From Protoeuglena noctilucae (taxonomy: Eukaryota): a DNA stretch of 64,000 nucleotides. The stretch lies in the NCBI GenBank assembly GCA_958009085.1, contig OY253668.1, positions 434,001 to 498,000 on the forward strand. The letters run 5' to 3'. The notes under the pieces were generated by a model. The model was not told the origin of the DNA. It made no database searches and saw only the letters and a program-made list of their open reading frames with translations. Made by a program: the position numbers and the translations under genes. Of this stretch, positions 1 to 13,051 are shown one piece after another. Each line of letters begins with the position of its first letter. Position 1 is the stretch's first letter.

Positions 1-764
1 GGGTACCGCCTGTTGTGCCGTCACGGCCAGAGCGGGGGACGCGCCAGCCGCTCCCAGGGGCGACCTGTGGACCAGGCAGAGCAAGGATAAGGTCTACCAC
101 TGCCTATGCTAACCGCCAATGAAAAGCTCTCGTTTGGACAGCGCAGAGGCTTGAGACATGGCCAGCGAGCGTCGCTCACGTGCTTGCGCCTCCGAAGGTG
201 AGGGACGAGGAGCCGAATGCCGACCCGCCAAACGCCAACCCGCCACTCGACGCCCCGAAGGAGAGGGCGGACGAGCTCTGTGGGGCGCCAAAGCCCGAGA
301 ACGAACCCGACGTGCTGGCGGGGGCTCCGAACAGCGGCGAGCTGGAGGGGGCCGCCCCAAAGCTGAACCCGGACGACGCCGCCGCGGAGCTGGCTGCCAC
401 GCCAAAGGCGCCAGCGGATGCGGCGCCGAAGGAGAACCCCGTCAACGACTGCGGCGCGGACGCTGCGCCGAAGAGGCTCGTGTTCGCGCTGCTGCTTGGC
501 AGCGACGTAGAGCCAAAGAGGGGAGACTGGGATATCCCAAACGAGCTGCCCGTACCCCCACCAAACGCAGGCGTGCTCCCAAACGCAGGTGTAGCTGCGG
601 GGATCGTGCGGGTGAGGGCGTCGCGATCGCTGATGCACTGATGCCTCGCAGTACATGCAAGTGACTCGTTGCGACGAATGTGTGGGCCGCGGCAGAGACT
701 CACAGGGTGGCTGGCTTGTTGGCCCCCCCGCCCCAAAAGAAGGCTGGCCGAATCCAAACGACAT
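1..764 (-). CDS. FG-repeat nucleoporin, 5' part (runs off window start)
   Basis: ATG at 764 (MSFGFGQPSFGAGG). Intron ~595-703, then an S/A/G-rich exon with many FG/FSFG/LFG repeats (PAFGSTPAFGG, SLFGAA, GFSFGAA). Confidence 0.8.
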
Positions 765-1150
765 TTCCAAGACTCAGAGACCCATGATGCTGCAAGAGCG
801 CGCCGAAATACGGCGTATGGGCGCCACCTTGGACGCCGGCCCCTGCGTCACGCCCCGCAGTCTGAGCTTGGGCGCAAGCCTGGTTGAGAACACCTCGGTG
901 GAGAAGGCCGCCTGGCAGATATCGGGGCAGCGATCCGTTGTGATCCGACTCTCGCCCCAAAGAGGGGCGAATCGCCCCAAGCGGCGCCAGTGTTGCGGCG
1001 CCAGAGGTGCTACGCCTGCTGAGGACCGTCAGCACCGCCGGTGACGCCGATCTCTCGCCCACCGACGTGGTCACAAGAGCGAGAACGCGCGCAGTCCCTT
1101 TGCAGGACGAGCGGCTGACTTCGGCGGGAGCAGGACGAGGGGAAAGGCGC

Positions 1151-4100
1151 ATGACGGACGTTTTACTTGATAAGGTCGTCCTTGGGAGCCATGCGGGAGG
1201 GGTGAGCTGGCTATTGTCCGTGGATGGAGCCCCGAGCATGTGCTGAGCTCAGGGCCGGGCGTTGCATGGCAGTTCGCAACCCCCACACACGGATCTCCTT
1301 TGCGCGCTTCTTGATGCGCGCACCATGCTGAGTGAGCTTTGACGCATAGATGTGGATCTCATGATGACGTTGCGCGCGGAGCGGGTTGCCATCGGACCCA
1401 CCCACGAGCGCCACGGGCCAGCAGGCATAGCATGGAGCCATTCATTCGCGCCCCGCGCCTTTAGAGCCTTTCACTTGCATCCACTGGACGTGTGGGTAAC
1501 GATCGCTGATCTACGCCTGTTAACATCCTTGCGCAGGCTCAGGGATCGCTCAAGCTCACGCCGGCCGGGGTCCAGTGGCGTCCAGCCCATGGGGGCAACG
1601 TGCTGACCCTGCGGAAGGATGACATCGACTCCGTGGAGCTGACCCAGGTCCCTGGAGCGTTAACACTCGAGTTGCGGGTGCGTCTAGATCGCCTGGCGCG
1701 GCGGCGGGCGTGGGCGGCGCTCAGCGTGGGTCCCTTGGGCTGGCCGAGCTCCTGGCGGACTCTGCTGCCGATTGGCTTATGTCAGTCGCTGTTCGTACGC
1801 ACATTGGCATATTCTCAGCAACGGGCCTGCCAAGCACGCGTCCCTGCCCTCACGCGCGCTCCGCGAGACCCCCGATGTGCGCTGCGTGCAGACGTCGGCC
1901 GGAAAGAGCTTCTCGTTCGCGGGTTTGAGCGCCGGCGCCGCGGCCGGCACCAAGGCAGTCTTCGAGGCGATGGGGAAGAAGCCCGCGGAGGGATCCATGG
2001 CCATCAGCGGCCGGAATTGGGGCCAGCTGGACTTGGCTGGATCCAGCCTCGTTTTCCGGCGAGTGAAGCGCCTGGCTGCGCTGTGCGGACGTCGAGATCG
2101 ACACGCGCATTGCCTCACGAGCCGTGCGACCCCGCGCGATCCCGCAGAGTGGAGGGCAAGCGCGCGTTTGGCGTGGGGCTCGGGGAGGTCAGCGGGGTGC
2201 AGATGGTGGGCAAGACGGACGTGATGATGGAGTTCCCGGTGGAGGAGGCGGAGGTGGAGGGGGACGCGCTCGTGGAGATGGCGCTGTACGTGCCGGAGGG
2301 GGCGGAGGGGTTCGGCAGGCGGGCGGTGGTCCAGAACGGCGACGCGTCAGCCTCCGCGGCGGCAGACGGGAACGCGGAGGGGGCGGGGAACGACAAGGTC
2401 GAGGTCTTGGAGGTGAGAAGCAGGCAGCGTCCTTGGTCACACATGCTAGACTGGACCCTTACTGATGTTACACATGGAGAGGCGCTTGAGGAGGGAGCGC
2501 GAGCGGGGTTTCTTATTCTTCCCGAGCAGGTGCACCCCGCGGCTGACTTGATGGAGCGGATCCGCGGCCTGGCGGGCATCGACTCGGGCTCCTCCGGCGA
2601 CGCGGTCGCGACGGTTGAGGACGTGTCGCTCGTGGTGCCCCGTGGCAAGTTCCACCTGGAGTTGCACCTCACCATGCTCAAGCTCGTGGGTCAGAGCCAG
2701 GACTTCATCGTCCGGTACTCGTCGATTGTCCGGCTCATCGTGATGCCCCGGCAGGCCTCGCCCCACATGCTGGTGGCCATCAACCTCGACCCTCCCATCC
2801 GCAAGGGCAACACCTACTATCCCCACATCCTGATCCAGTTCAACGCAGCGGAGGAGCTCGACATCGAGGAGATCAACATCACAGACGTGAGCTGCCCGGG
2901 AGGCCAGGGGCGGGCGGCACCGTCCCGGCGCCCTGGGCACCAGGGCTACCCACCCACGCAGAGCGCAAGCTGGGTGGGTCTCTGTCCGCTGACTCGTTGC
3001 CTTTTGCTCGCATCGATGCAGGAGCAGTTCCAGCAGAAGAAGGAGAAGGCGAAGGGCAGGCTGGAGCGCAGCTACTCGGGCCTGGCGTACGAGGTGTTCT
3101 CCAAGCTGCTGCGTGGCCTGTCGGGGACCAAGCTGATCGAGGCGGGCAGGGAGGGGTCCTTCCGATCGACGGACGGCGGCTGCGCGGTGCGGTGCTCCTA
3201 CAAGGCCGACGACGGATACCTCTACCCCCTGGACCGGGCCTTCTTCTTCGTCGTCAAGCCGGCCATCCTCATTCCCTTCGAGGAGGTCCGGGGCGTGGAG
3301 TTCGGGCGCGACGGGCAGGGTGCGCTCATGAACAGCAAGACGTTCGACGTCAAGGTCCGGACGTCCAGCGACGCCGTGCACGTGTTCCGCGGCATCGCGC
3401 GCACCGACTGGGACCCGCTCCTCACCTTCTTGCGCGAGAAGAAGATCCCAATCGACAACCTCGGGGAGGCCCTGCAGGGCCCGGCGGGGGCGCGCGCGGC
3501 GCTCGACGACGGTTTCGACCATTTGGCGGCCTTCGTGGGGAGCAGCGACGACGAGGACGAGGACTTCGAGGTCAAGGCGAGTGGCGGGCAGTGGCGGGAG
3601 CTCGTTGCGTCCCCAACGCGCTGCAGGGGCGCTCGCACGTGCTCACGCGCACTTGCATGCGGTGCCTGGGTTGCTCTCATGCGTGGGCGTCCCTGTGTCC
3701 CCGGCTGGCCGTGCCGGGGTCGCGCGGTCGGACTGGCAACGTAGCTGTCGTGGTTGCCTCAGAGTGCGGACGAGGCGGAGGCGGCGGACGTGTCTGACGT
3801 TTCGGACGGGGACGTCGGCGGGGACGACGGGGCGGAGGAGAAGCCGAGGAAGAAGGAGAAGAAAGCCAAGAAGGAGAAAAAGGAGAAGAAGGAGAAGAAG
3901 AAGGCGAGTTGGTGATGGCGAGGGGATTTGTGTGACTGTTATGGGTGCTGGTGCTGGCTGAGCCCGCTTGTGGGTGAGGGTGGGCGTGCACGGTGTGCTA
4001 CGGGTCGCGCACCTGAGATCTCTCTGCTCTTGGCATTCCATTCGGCTGAGACTGGGTTGACGTGGATGGTATGCTGCCCGCACTGCAGCACAAGGCCAGA

Positions 4101-4677
4101 CACGGTCAACACCCCAGAGGCCCCTTGTGGACCGACACCCGTCCGTCGTTCCGCAGAAGTCCAAGCGCGACGAGGACGGCCACGACTCGGACGGGTCGCA
4201 CGAGAAGGGCAAGCGCAGGAAGCGGTCGCGGAAGGGCGACGACGCCCCCCAGAAGCCCCTGTCGGCCTTCATGTGCTTCAGCGAGGAGATGCGGAGGAAG
4301 ATTGAGGAGGAGAACCCCGACATGCCCACGGGCGAGGTCATCCGCAAGGTCGGGGAGCTCTGGAAGTCCACGACGGCCGAGGAGCGGAACGTGTTCGAGG
4401 CGAGGGCAGGCCTGGCTCTGAGATCTGTCAATAGATGACCATGGATGATATTGATATAGTAGGTAGATTTCCTTTGATCAATTCTGTTGCAAGCACTGTC
4501 CGTGTCCCTCTCACGCAGGAGATGGCTGCCAAGGACAGGGAGCGGTACGAGAGGGAGATGGAGGAGTACGAGAGGCGGCAGGCGGGGGACATGATGATCA
4601 AGGACGCGGGTGGGGCAGTGGGCAAGGAGGAGCCTGCCCAGGCCGGCGAGGAGGAGAAGCCGTCCCAGGGCGCATGA
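1151..4677 (+). CDS. SSRP1: FACT complex subunit SSRP1/Pob3 with C-terminal HMG box (9 exons)
   Basis: Motifs SGRNWGQLDL, VPRGKF, LDPPIRKGNTYYPH and CSYKADDGYLYPL, an acidic/Lys-rich linker, and an HMG box PQKPLSAFMCFS...KVGELWKS. Introns at 1202-1536, 1678-1891, 2059-2147, 2413-2529, 2887-3021, 3577-3762, 3904-4157 and 4400-4518. Confidence 0.95.
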
Positions 4678-5053
4678 CGAGGGTGCTCGGCTGCTGAAGG
4701 GCCACTGGCTTTGTCGGCCGTTGACGATGCCATGAGTCGCTAGTTGCGCCGACACCCCGGCATTCGCTGCTCATTCTTTCCGTCCCTCCTTTGCTGCTGA
4801 TGTGCCTGTCGGCGTTCGCGGGGCTGTTTGTGCGCGTCACTGGCAGGCAAACAAGACCTATGCTTGAAAGGGCGCTGCCATCTGCGCGCGGGACTGGGGA
4901 AGACGCCTCTGTCCTGAGCAGGGCCGTCTTCTCACATCAAAAGGCGAGGAGGCTTGGTTGAAACAACAACCATAGCTGTCCACCAACGGCCAACGAGAGA
5001 CTTCTGACCCTCAACAATGGGCCGTCTCTTGCAAAGGCCCGACAACGCGCAGC

Positions 5054-6953
5054 CTAGCCCTGCGCCGCCCCCACCAGTCCTGCGCTCTCCCGGCGGCTGT
5101 TGCCCTCCCGAGGCGACGTGGCCGCTGGGCTGGGCAGGCCGGACCCACTGACGCCGTCGCCCTCGGTCGGCACGTCGCTCATGATGCTCATGGTCCGGCT
5201 CAGGGAGCGCAGAGACAGCGTGGACTGCAGCGGAAAGCACGAGGCCAGTCCAGCATTCCGCATACACACTCTCAGGCTCCTGGCCAAGCGAGACACCCTC
5301 GCAAGCGCACACCTTCAGCTGCACGCTGGACGTCTTGGGCGGCTTGCCCGTGAGCTCCTCCACCATCTTGGCCAGGTTGTCCCGGTCCTGGATGACGGTC
5401 TTGAGCTGCGCCATCATCTCCTTGCGCCGCTCCCGCAGCCGAAGCGTCTCCGACTTGTACGCGTCCTTTTTCTTGGCCAGCGCATCAAAGTCCTTCAGCG
5501 CCGCCTGCATCTGCGCCCGCAGCTCCCGCTCCCGCTCCGCGACCTCCTCCGCCTTGGCACGCAGCGCTCGCTCCTGCTCCTCCAGCGACGCCGGGCCCCC
5601 GCCCGAGGCCTCCCGGCCCTGCAGCGCGGAGAGCTCCCCGTGCGCCTGCTCCAACGCAGCCTCCTTGGCCCTGATCTCCGCCGCCATGTCTGCCGCGTTC
5701 TTCTGCAGGGTCGCCTGCCGCGTCAGGAAGCGCCGAGACTCGGACTCCATCAGGCTGCGCACCGAGTTGCGCTCCGTCTCCGCCGCCCGCTGCCGGTCGC
5801 GGGCCTCGTTCAGCTCGCCCCGCAGACGCGCCACCTCCGCGCGCGCCGCGGCCAGGTCCTTGGCCGCCGCGCGCGCCTCGTCCCGCTCGACCTCCGCGCG
5901 CGCCGTCGCCGCGACCGCCGCAGCCAGGCGCTCCCTCCAACGGTCAGTCGACTCGACCGCCTGCGAGCCGGGGCATGCGATTGGTCGAGAGCTGTCGGCT
6001 CTCGCTCAGCGCCGCTCGCGACCGCCACGGTCCGCTCACGCACTCACGTCCTCGAGCTCTTGGGTCTTGGCCTCGGCCGCGCTCAGCTGCCCCTGCAGGG
6101 ACTGCTCTGTCCCCTCGGCGCGGGTGGCCCGCGCCATGAGCGCCTCACGCTCGCCCGCCGCCTCCGCCAACACTTGCAAGGCGCGGTCTCGCTCATTCCC
6201 AGCAAGGTTGACGGCCTCGCGCAACTTTGCCACCTCCGCCAGTGCTGCAGCCAGACGCGCCTCCAGAGCGGCCACTGTGGACACCTCCGCCGCCGCTCCG
6301 TTCGGGGTCTGCAAAGCAAATGCTTGCTCGCATCGATGCACGTGCAGCACAGGCCTCGTCGCCCACGTGCCCCACCCCGCCTGCTCATCACCTTCGTCCC
6401 GTCGACGTGCGCGGCCGGCACGTTGCCGTTGACGCGCTGCGCTTGCCGGTCTCTGAGCAAGTCGTGCGCCTTGCTGGCCTCGTCCTGCACACGCGAAGTT
6501 GTTGCACGTCGCTCGTGCCGGGGCCTGGCCAAGGCTCCAAGCGCCGCCAAAACGCCACTTCTCACCTGCGCGCGCTTCTCCGCGCTGCGGGCGTCCTTCA
6601 AGGCCTTCGCGAGGTCCGCACATTCCGAGCATTTCGCCGCGAGCTGCTTGGCCAGCGACTTGTTCGTGGAGTGGAGGGTCTCGAGGTCGCTGCGCGCCTT
6701 CTCCGTCACTCCATTCGTACTTCCCGACGACCTGGGATGGATGCGAGCGCGCAGGTCCGCGAGTCGGCCGCCCGGGCCCGATAGCGCTGGGCAGGCCTCG
6801 GCCAGGTGCCCGGCGCGGCCAACCGCGGCCTTACCCGCGAGCCCCGTCGACACTTCCATGTCGTGAATAAATCACGTACGCTCCGGCTGCGGCCGCCAGT
6901 CCGGCCGCGACGCCAACGGCCAAGCCCGGGGCCCAGCCCGTCCCGCCGCCCAT
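5054..6953 (-). CDS. Uncharacterised coiled-coil protein with N-terminal transmembrane segment
   Basis: MGGGTGWAPGLAVGVAAGLAAAAGAYVIY (hydrophobic), followed by long E/K/R/A/L heptad-rich exons (LRGELNEARDRQRAAE...). Confidence 0.6.
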
Positions 6954-7801
6954 CTCCCCCAGCCGAGCGTGCCCCGCGTCGCCCTGCGTCACACGTCGAG
7001 TCTGGCAAAGATGATGGGAGCCAGCGGAGATGACCGTCGAGTCGCCCGTCGCGCTGGCGCCGTGCGAGGCATCGCTCGCAGAGTCTGTGCACGTCGCGCT
7101 CGATGGGGGCCGAAGGCGCGGTTTCTGCAGCGCCCTGCCCCCTGATAAAATACAGTCTAACCACAGACCATTCAGATGGAGGCGGATATGCTCGGCCCAC
7201 GCCCATGTGCCGCACCTCTCCTGTGTGCCGGGCCGAGATCGCCCCAGGAGGTATGCGTATGTCGCACTTGCAAATGCGCCTCTGTAGCGTGGGTTCGCTG
7301 TGGTACCGGGCCCCAACAGCGCTGACGAAGGAGCCCGGGAAGCGCCCGGGCCGCGCGCGAGGCCTGCGCGATAGCTATTTCCTAATCCATGCCCACATTC
7401 CAGGCAAGTAGCCGCGAGCATGGTTGCGAAGTCACTGACACGTCAGATGGAGACGCCAGACGGGGACAAAGCCGCGGAGGGAGCCCGTCTCTCGATATTG
7501 TGCGGCCCGTACCATCTCACTGGGGCAGCAGCAGCGGACGCTGGTCCCATCTAGCCTTCTACGTTCAACTTGGAGCGATCGTCAGCTGCGGCTTCCCGCA
7601 GCCTCGCTGCGGCGTCACACACTACGCCGCCGGCTCGGAGCTCTTGATTACCATCCTTTGTGTGTGGTCGAAGTCGTGCAACGCCCAAGTCGTGCAAAGA
7701 CGCAGCCCCCTGCGTTGCCGGAGGTCGCGCCCCGAGCCCGACAACGGTGCTGCAGCGGCGGCCCCGAGGCGGCTCGGGCCTTCTGAGGCCTCCTCAACAG
7801 C

Positions 7802-10800
7802 ATGGCGGGCTCCGAGGAGCAGTACTCGTGGTTCTCCGAAGTGCCGCAGCCCGTAAGCTGGCCGGCGGGCTACCAGGTGCTGCCGCCCAGCCTGCGCAAT
7901 GCACCCTGCGAGAAGCCGCGGATTGCGCGGCGTTCAGTCGATCAGATGGCCTTTGCCGCACACTTCGTGTGTATGTTTGCACGTGTCGCTACGCGCACCG
8001 GCCATCGGAGCACCAGCCCGCTGCAGGCATGGCCTCAAAGTCGCCCCCTGGCTGCAGGTCGTGCCCCTGCACGGCATCCCTCTTCATGGCGGGGCCCCGC
8101 AGGTGAGATGCGCGATAACGCGGACTTTCTGTTGCTGATGCGGCCGTCATCGTTCGGCGTCAGGTCCTCGCGACTTGCCTCACACGACGGCTGCCGCTTG
8201 AATTCCCACCCTGGGATCCCGTCATCCGCTTGGCCTCCCCTTCCCCGTCGCAGCATTCGTACCAGACGGTCGCGCATGGTGGCTTCATCGCGCCCATGTG
8301 CGTGGGGATGCCCCCCGTGCCCCTTTTCCACATGCCAGGGTGAGCTCTGGGGGGGCTGCTCCGGTCACACTAACTCAGCTGCTTCCCCAAATCCTCCCGG
8401 ACCTTCGCATTTCTAGCTGTTCGCCACAGGATCCCCGGCTTCGGTGCCCCGATGGGTCCTGTGTACGTGGGGCAGCAGACGAAGCCTGACGCCAGGCCCC
8501 TTCCGAGGGGCTCAGGCAAAGCCCTTCGGGAGCTCCCCATGCTGCGCCCTCCGCCGAGGAAAGACATCGCATCCATGGACAAGTTCCAAGACAACCTCGA
8601 CGCCATCCTGGACTTGCCGGCCCACGTCCTCACGAGCCGCATCAAGGACGCCAGCAGTCTCGGCCGCCTGCACGCCCTGTCCCTCGCCTCTTGGTGTCAC
8701 ATGAACAGCATCCACGTGTCGGCATTCATCTGCAAGGCGAGACGCGCGCGCGCCGCCGCAGCGACGGGGTCTCTCACGCACGCCGTGCGACACCCGTGCG
8801 CATTGCCCGCAGGCGGCTCGGCTCATGTCCTCCGGCAGGCAGGACGGCATGCAGTGGTGGGCTGCGCAGGAGTGGTTCTCCGCCCTCCTGCGCGAGGCTT
8901 TCCAGATCCAACAGGACTTAAAGCCCCGCGAGGTGGCCAACATCGCATGGGCGTGCGCCAAGGTCCAGCAGGCCCTGACCCAGCAGGGCAGCGCGCTGGA
9001 GCCCGCGCTCCTGCAGGCGCTGTGTTCGGCCGTCCACGCGGTGCTGGGCAACATGGACGCCCAGGGCCTGGCGAACTCCCTCTGGTCGCTGGTGAGAGTC
9101 GCGTTGACGCACACCGGAGCAGCGGCCACAACCAGCATTTGTCGGTGGCTTTTCAGCCATCACACTGCGTCCTCTGGCCCCCCTCTCGCAGTCCAAGCTG
9201 CAAGTTGGCCTCTCCCGCGACTGGCTCATGGTGTTCAACCACGCGCTTGAGGCCAGGCTCTCCGACTTCAACGAGCAGGAGCTCTCCAACACCCTCCTGG
9301 GCCTCGCGCAGCTGGCGACGCGCGAGCTGCGGGACCTGGTGCTGACAGCCGCCCACATGGTCATCCGGGAATCGTGCAGCAAGATGGCCACGTTCAGCAC
9401 CCAGGGCCTCTCAAACACGGTCTGGGCCGTGAGCAAGCTCAACATCAATCCCTCCGCCGAGTGGCTCAAGGTCTTCCTCAAGGCTTGTGTCGAGGTGAGA
9501 GTGGGACCGCGCCGTGGTCGCTGCCCTGGACCTGACTGGCTGCGTGAGTGACGGGGTGGGCCTTCTGCAGACACTCACCGCCATCACACCTGCACCTTCG
9601 AACTCCATCGCAGAGCATCGACGGTTTCACGCCTCAAGGTCTGTCCAACACGCTCGCCGGCCTCGCCGCGCTGCATGCCCGCCTTTCGCCCAAGTTCTGG
9701 GAGGTCGCCGTGGCTAGCGTGACGGCCAACGCGGCAACGTTTTCGGCACCAGCCATCAGCACCACGCTCAACGCCTTCGCCACGCTCGACCTCCCCGCCC
9801 CGACGGAAGCAGGTGCGGGCCAGCAGGGGGGGCCCTGTGTCACCGGTGCGCATTGTTTCACACCTAGCTGGCTCGACCTTCACCCAACTTCCGCGCCCTG
9901 CCGCGCAGTGTCGGCGCTGGTGGCGCAGATGCAAGCGACGCTGCAGGGCTTCGGGTCGCCCGCCCTGGCCTCCACGATCTGGTCGCTGGCCAAGCTCGGC
10001 CACGCCATGACGGCGAAGGAGCGGCAGAGCCTGATCCAGAGGCTCGAGGAGGTCGCCATGGACCTGGGCCCGCAGGTGCGTGCCGCTGTGCACTGTTGCT
10101 GTGCGCTTTGCTCGGTATGACGTGCGTGACCTGGAGCTGTGCATCGTGGGAGGGTGCCCGTCGCTGCGCCCCTTCAGGACGTGACGAACTGCCTCCAGGC
10201 GCTCTGCGCGCCTATCTGGGGCGCCAGCTCCTGGACCATTGACCGCCTGTGCTGCAACGTGGAGGCCGTGGCGTCGAGGATGCAGGGCGCGCAGGTCGCC
10301 AGCGTCCTCTCGTCGCTCGCCACGCTGCGGCACATGCCGTCGGCCGGCACGGTGGCAGCGCTGGCGGCGGCCTTTGCAACGACCCTCGCAAGCATGCAGG
10401 CAAGAGCCGGTCCCGCCAGCGACGCAGGGAACGCACACATCCGCACACATTCTTCTTGCCTGTCCTGCTGCAGTCACGTGACGACGTGTCACGAGTCATG
10501 CGACGCGTGCCCTGCCGTTTACTCCCAGGAGACGGAGCTGGTCTCAGCCCTGCAAGGCATGACCGCCCTCAACTTCTCGTCCCGCGCGGCAGCGGCAGGT
10601 GTCAACGCAGATTACATCTTCTCCTCCGCTGCTGCATATGTGTCGGGTGCCATCGCCGGTGGCACCTCGCCCTCCTTCGTGGCTGGTGCGCTCCACGCGC
10701 TCGCCCATCTGGCCCCCGCGACCCTCACGGCATCCCTCGTGGGCGCCGCCCTGGCCTCTTTGGGCCCGGAGCCCTGGCCCCTGCGCAGCACAGCTGCCCT

Positions 10801-12721
10801 GCAGCTCGCCATCGCCCTGAAGGAGCACTTGGGGGCTGCAGCAGGTAAGGGCGGTGACTGCCGTTGCGCGACCTGCAGAGGGCTTCCTGGGCGTTCGCAC
10901 GTCGCCATTCCTCAGTACCTCTGAGCATCGCCGCTGACAAACACTGCCTTCCTTGCCCGCAGCCGCGAATGAGGACCCCGCCCCGGGCGCGGAGGACGCC
11001 ATTGCGTCGCTTGCCGAGGCCGCAGGGGCTGCAGCGGATGCGGAGGCACCCAACCCCCTGCGGGGCGAGGTGCTGGCCATCCTGCGGGACGTGGGGGTGC
11101 CAGCCCTGCCATTGGCCCCCATCCTCGGCTCCCTGTACGTGGCCGACGCCCTGATCCCCACGTCTCAAGAAGCCCTCGAGATCGTCAACAGCTCGGGTGA
11201 CAGCTGGACCGTGTCGGTGGTGTGGCTGGGGTGCGAACCCCACAAGCGGGTTGCCCACGTGTACGTGCTGTGCTTCGCTCACGCGTCCACTATCCCATCT
11301 TCGCCGCAGACGACCACAGGAGTCGGCAGGACCGCGCCCAGGCCCTGGCGGCCCTCGGCCCAGACCACTCAGCCGTGCTCTTCGTGGACGGCCCCTCCCG
11401 GTTCGCGTCCAACTCGGCACAGCCCCTCGGGCCCACGCTCCTGCGCAACAGCCAGCTCCTGCGCGCCTCCTGGAAGCTCCTCCTCGTGCCCTTCACCCGG
11501 TGGGCGGCCCTGGCCGGCGCCAAGGCACGCGCGGACTTCCTCGCCAGCTGCGTGGACAACCTAGGCCTCACCTTCAAAATTCCAGTCGAGCTGCACGTCG
11601 CGTACGACATGGGCCCCGTCGCTGAGGTGAAGGTCGCATCTGCTGCGACCTGAGTGGTGCGGGACTCGCCCTGCCATGATGGTGGTCTGGCATGGCGCCT
11701 TGCACGCAAGGCACCGTGTGTCCTATGCTCATTGCGCCTGATCCGGGTGCCCCCAGGACTCGGTCCATTCCCCATCTAAAAGCTTGTCTGCCAAGGCCGC
11801 CCCGTTCGTGCCCAGCCTTGCGTCGTCCGGCCCCACCTCCCCGACCACGCCCAGCGTGCACGGCCATGGTGCAGCCCGGCGGGTGCCCTTCACCCCCGGC
11901 GAGCGCTTGGAGGTCGGCCCTGTCCGGGTGGGCAAGCGGCAGGGCCGCACGCCCCGGCCAAACCTCACGAGTGGCAAGGGAGCGCCGATGGGTGACGAGA
12001 ACGCCCCCGACGCCCTCGGGGGCCCCGCGACCGTCACGCCGACGCCAGTCAAGGTCCGGGAGGTCCTCAAGCGCGGCGCGGGCAGGGCCCCGGACGCCGC
12101 ACTCACCAGGTAAGCACCAGGACACACCTTGCTGAAGCAGGCTTCATCCTGCTTGTGCCTCAGCTTGGTGCAGCAAACGTGCTTTGGGAAGCGCTGGTGG
12201 CGTGTTGGTGACGGGGAGAGGCATGTTCCCGGCACGCAGGGTGGAGGGCATCACGCTGGGGGCAGGGCCTGCCGTGACACCGATGGGAGCGGTCCTGGCT
12301 GGCGTGGCAGACGTCGACAGGGCGACGGCGGGCCCTCACAAGAGTCCGCTTCCCATGGGAAGGTGAGGATGTCGACACGAGATTCATGCAGAGATGGCCG
12401 GCGAAGGGAGTGGGGATGCACGCATGCAGGGCGACCCTTTTGACGCTTCATGCCTGTCTGGTCCACAGGACGCCCAAGCCAGCGGGTCTGCCGCACGGCA
12501 GGGCAGCGCAGGAGACGCCGAGCTTGGGGAAGGCGTCCACGGGGCACGGGGACGGCAAGGCCTCCCGCCGGCACAGCCGCACCCGGAGCAAGGTGCGGCA
12601 CGTGGCAGCTACCCTCCCTGCGCGCTGTCCGTCGCCGCAACGGAGACTTCAATGCTGTCTCGCGTCCCCTGTCACGCAGGCGCCTTTGACCGAGCGCCAG
12701 ACAAATGTCCTTGAGTTCTGA
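7802..12721 (+). CDS. Octotricopeptide-repeat (OPR) protein with RAP domain and long low-complexity C-terminal extension
   Basis: Repeats PREVANIAWACAK, AQGLANSLWSL, EQELSNTLLGLAQL, TQGLSNTVWAVSKL and PQGLSNTLAGLAAL. RAP domain VLFVDGPSRF...LGPTLLRNSQL...WKLLLVPFTRW. Phase-consistent GT-AG splicing (11627-11756 onward) links four further exons to TGA at 12719-12721; the unspliced stop would be 11653. Start codon uncertain. Confidence 0.8.
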
Positions 12722-13051
12722 CCCTGAGAGAGACACGGCTGGGGTTTCCCTGTCCTTTGACACCCTTGCTTCTTGCTTGCACCCTTCCGCCGGCGAACAC
12801 TGGCGCGCAGCAGCCGGTTGCCCTTTCGCGTGGCTTCGGACCATAGACAGGTAGGCAGGCCCTCGCATGTGAAAGCACAGAGTCTTCACCACGAGGGCTA
12901 GAGGAACGCCGGGAGCGACAGGGAGGCTTAGCGCGTGGTGGGCCAATCTTGAGACACCGCGTCGTGGGCAACGCTGCCGCCTGCGCCCTGCTGGGTGGGC
13001 GGGGTGGATGCTGGGAGTAGACCCCCACCTTCCGTGGCGGGCCAGGGCACC

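Noticed and set aside
1356..1515. Possible intronic C/D snoRNA in SSRP1 intron 1 (ATGATGA...CTGA)
   Set aside because: The CTGA coincides with the likely branch point, the terminal stem is weak, and no rRNA guide was recognised.
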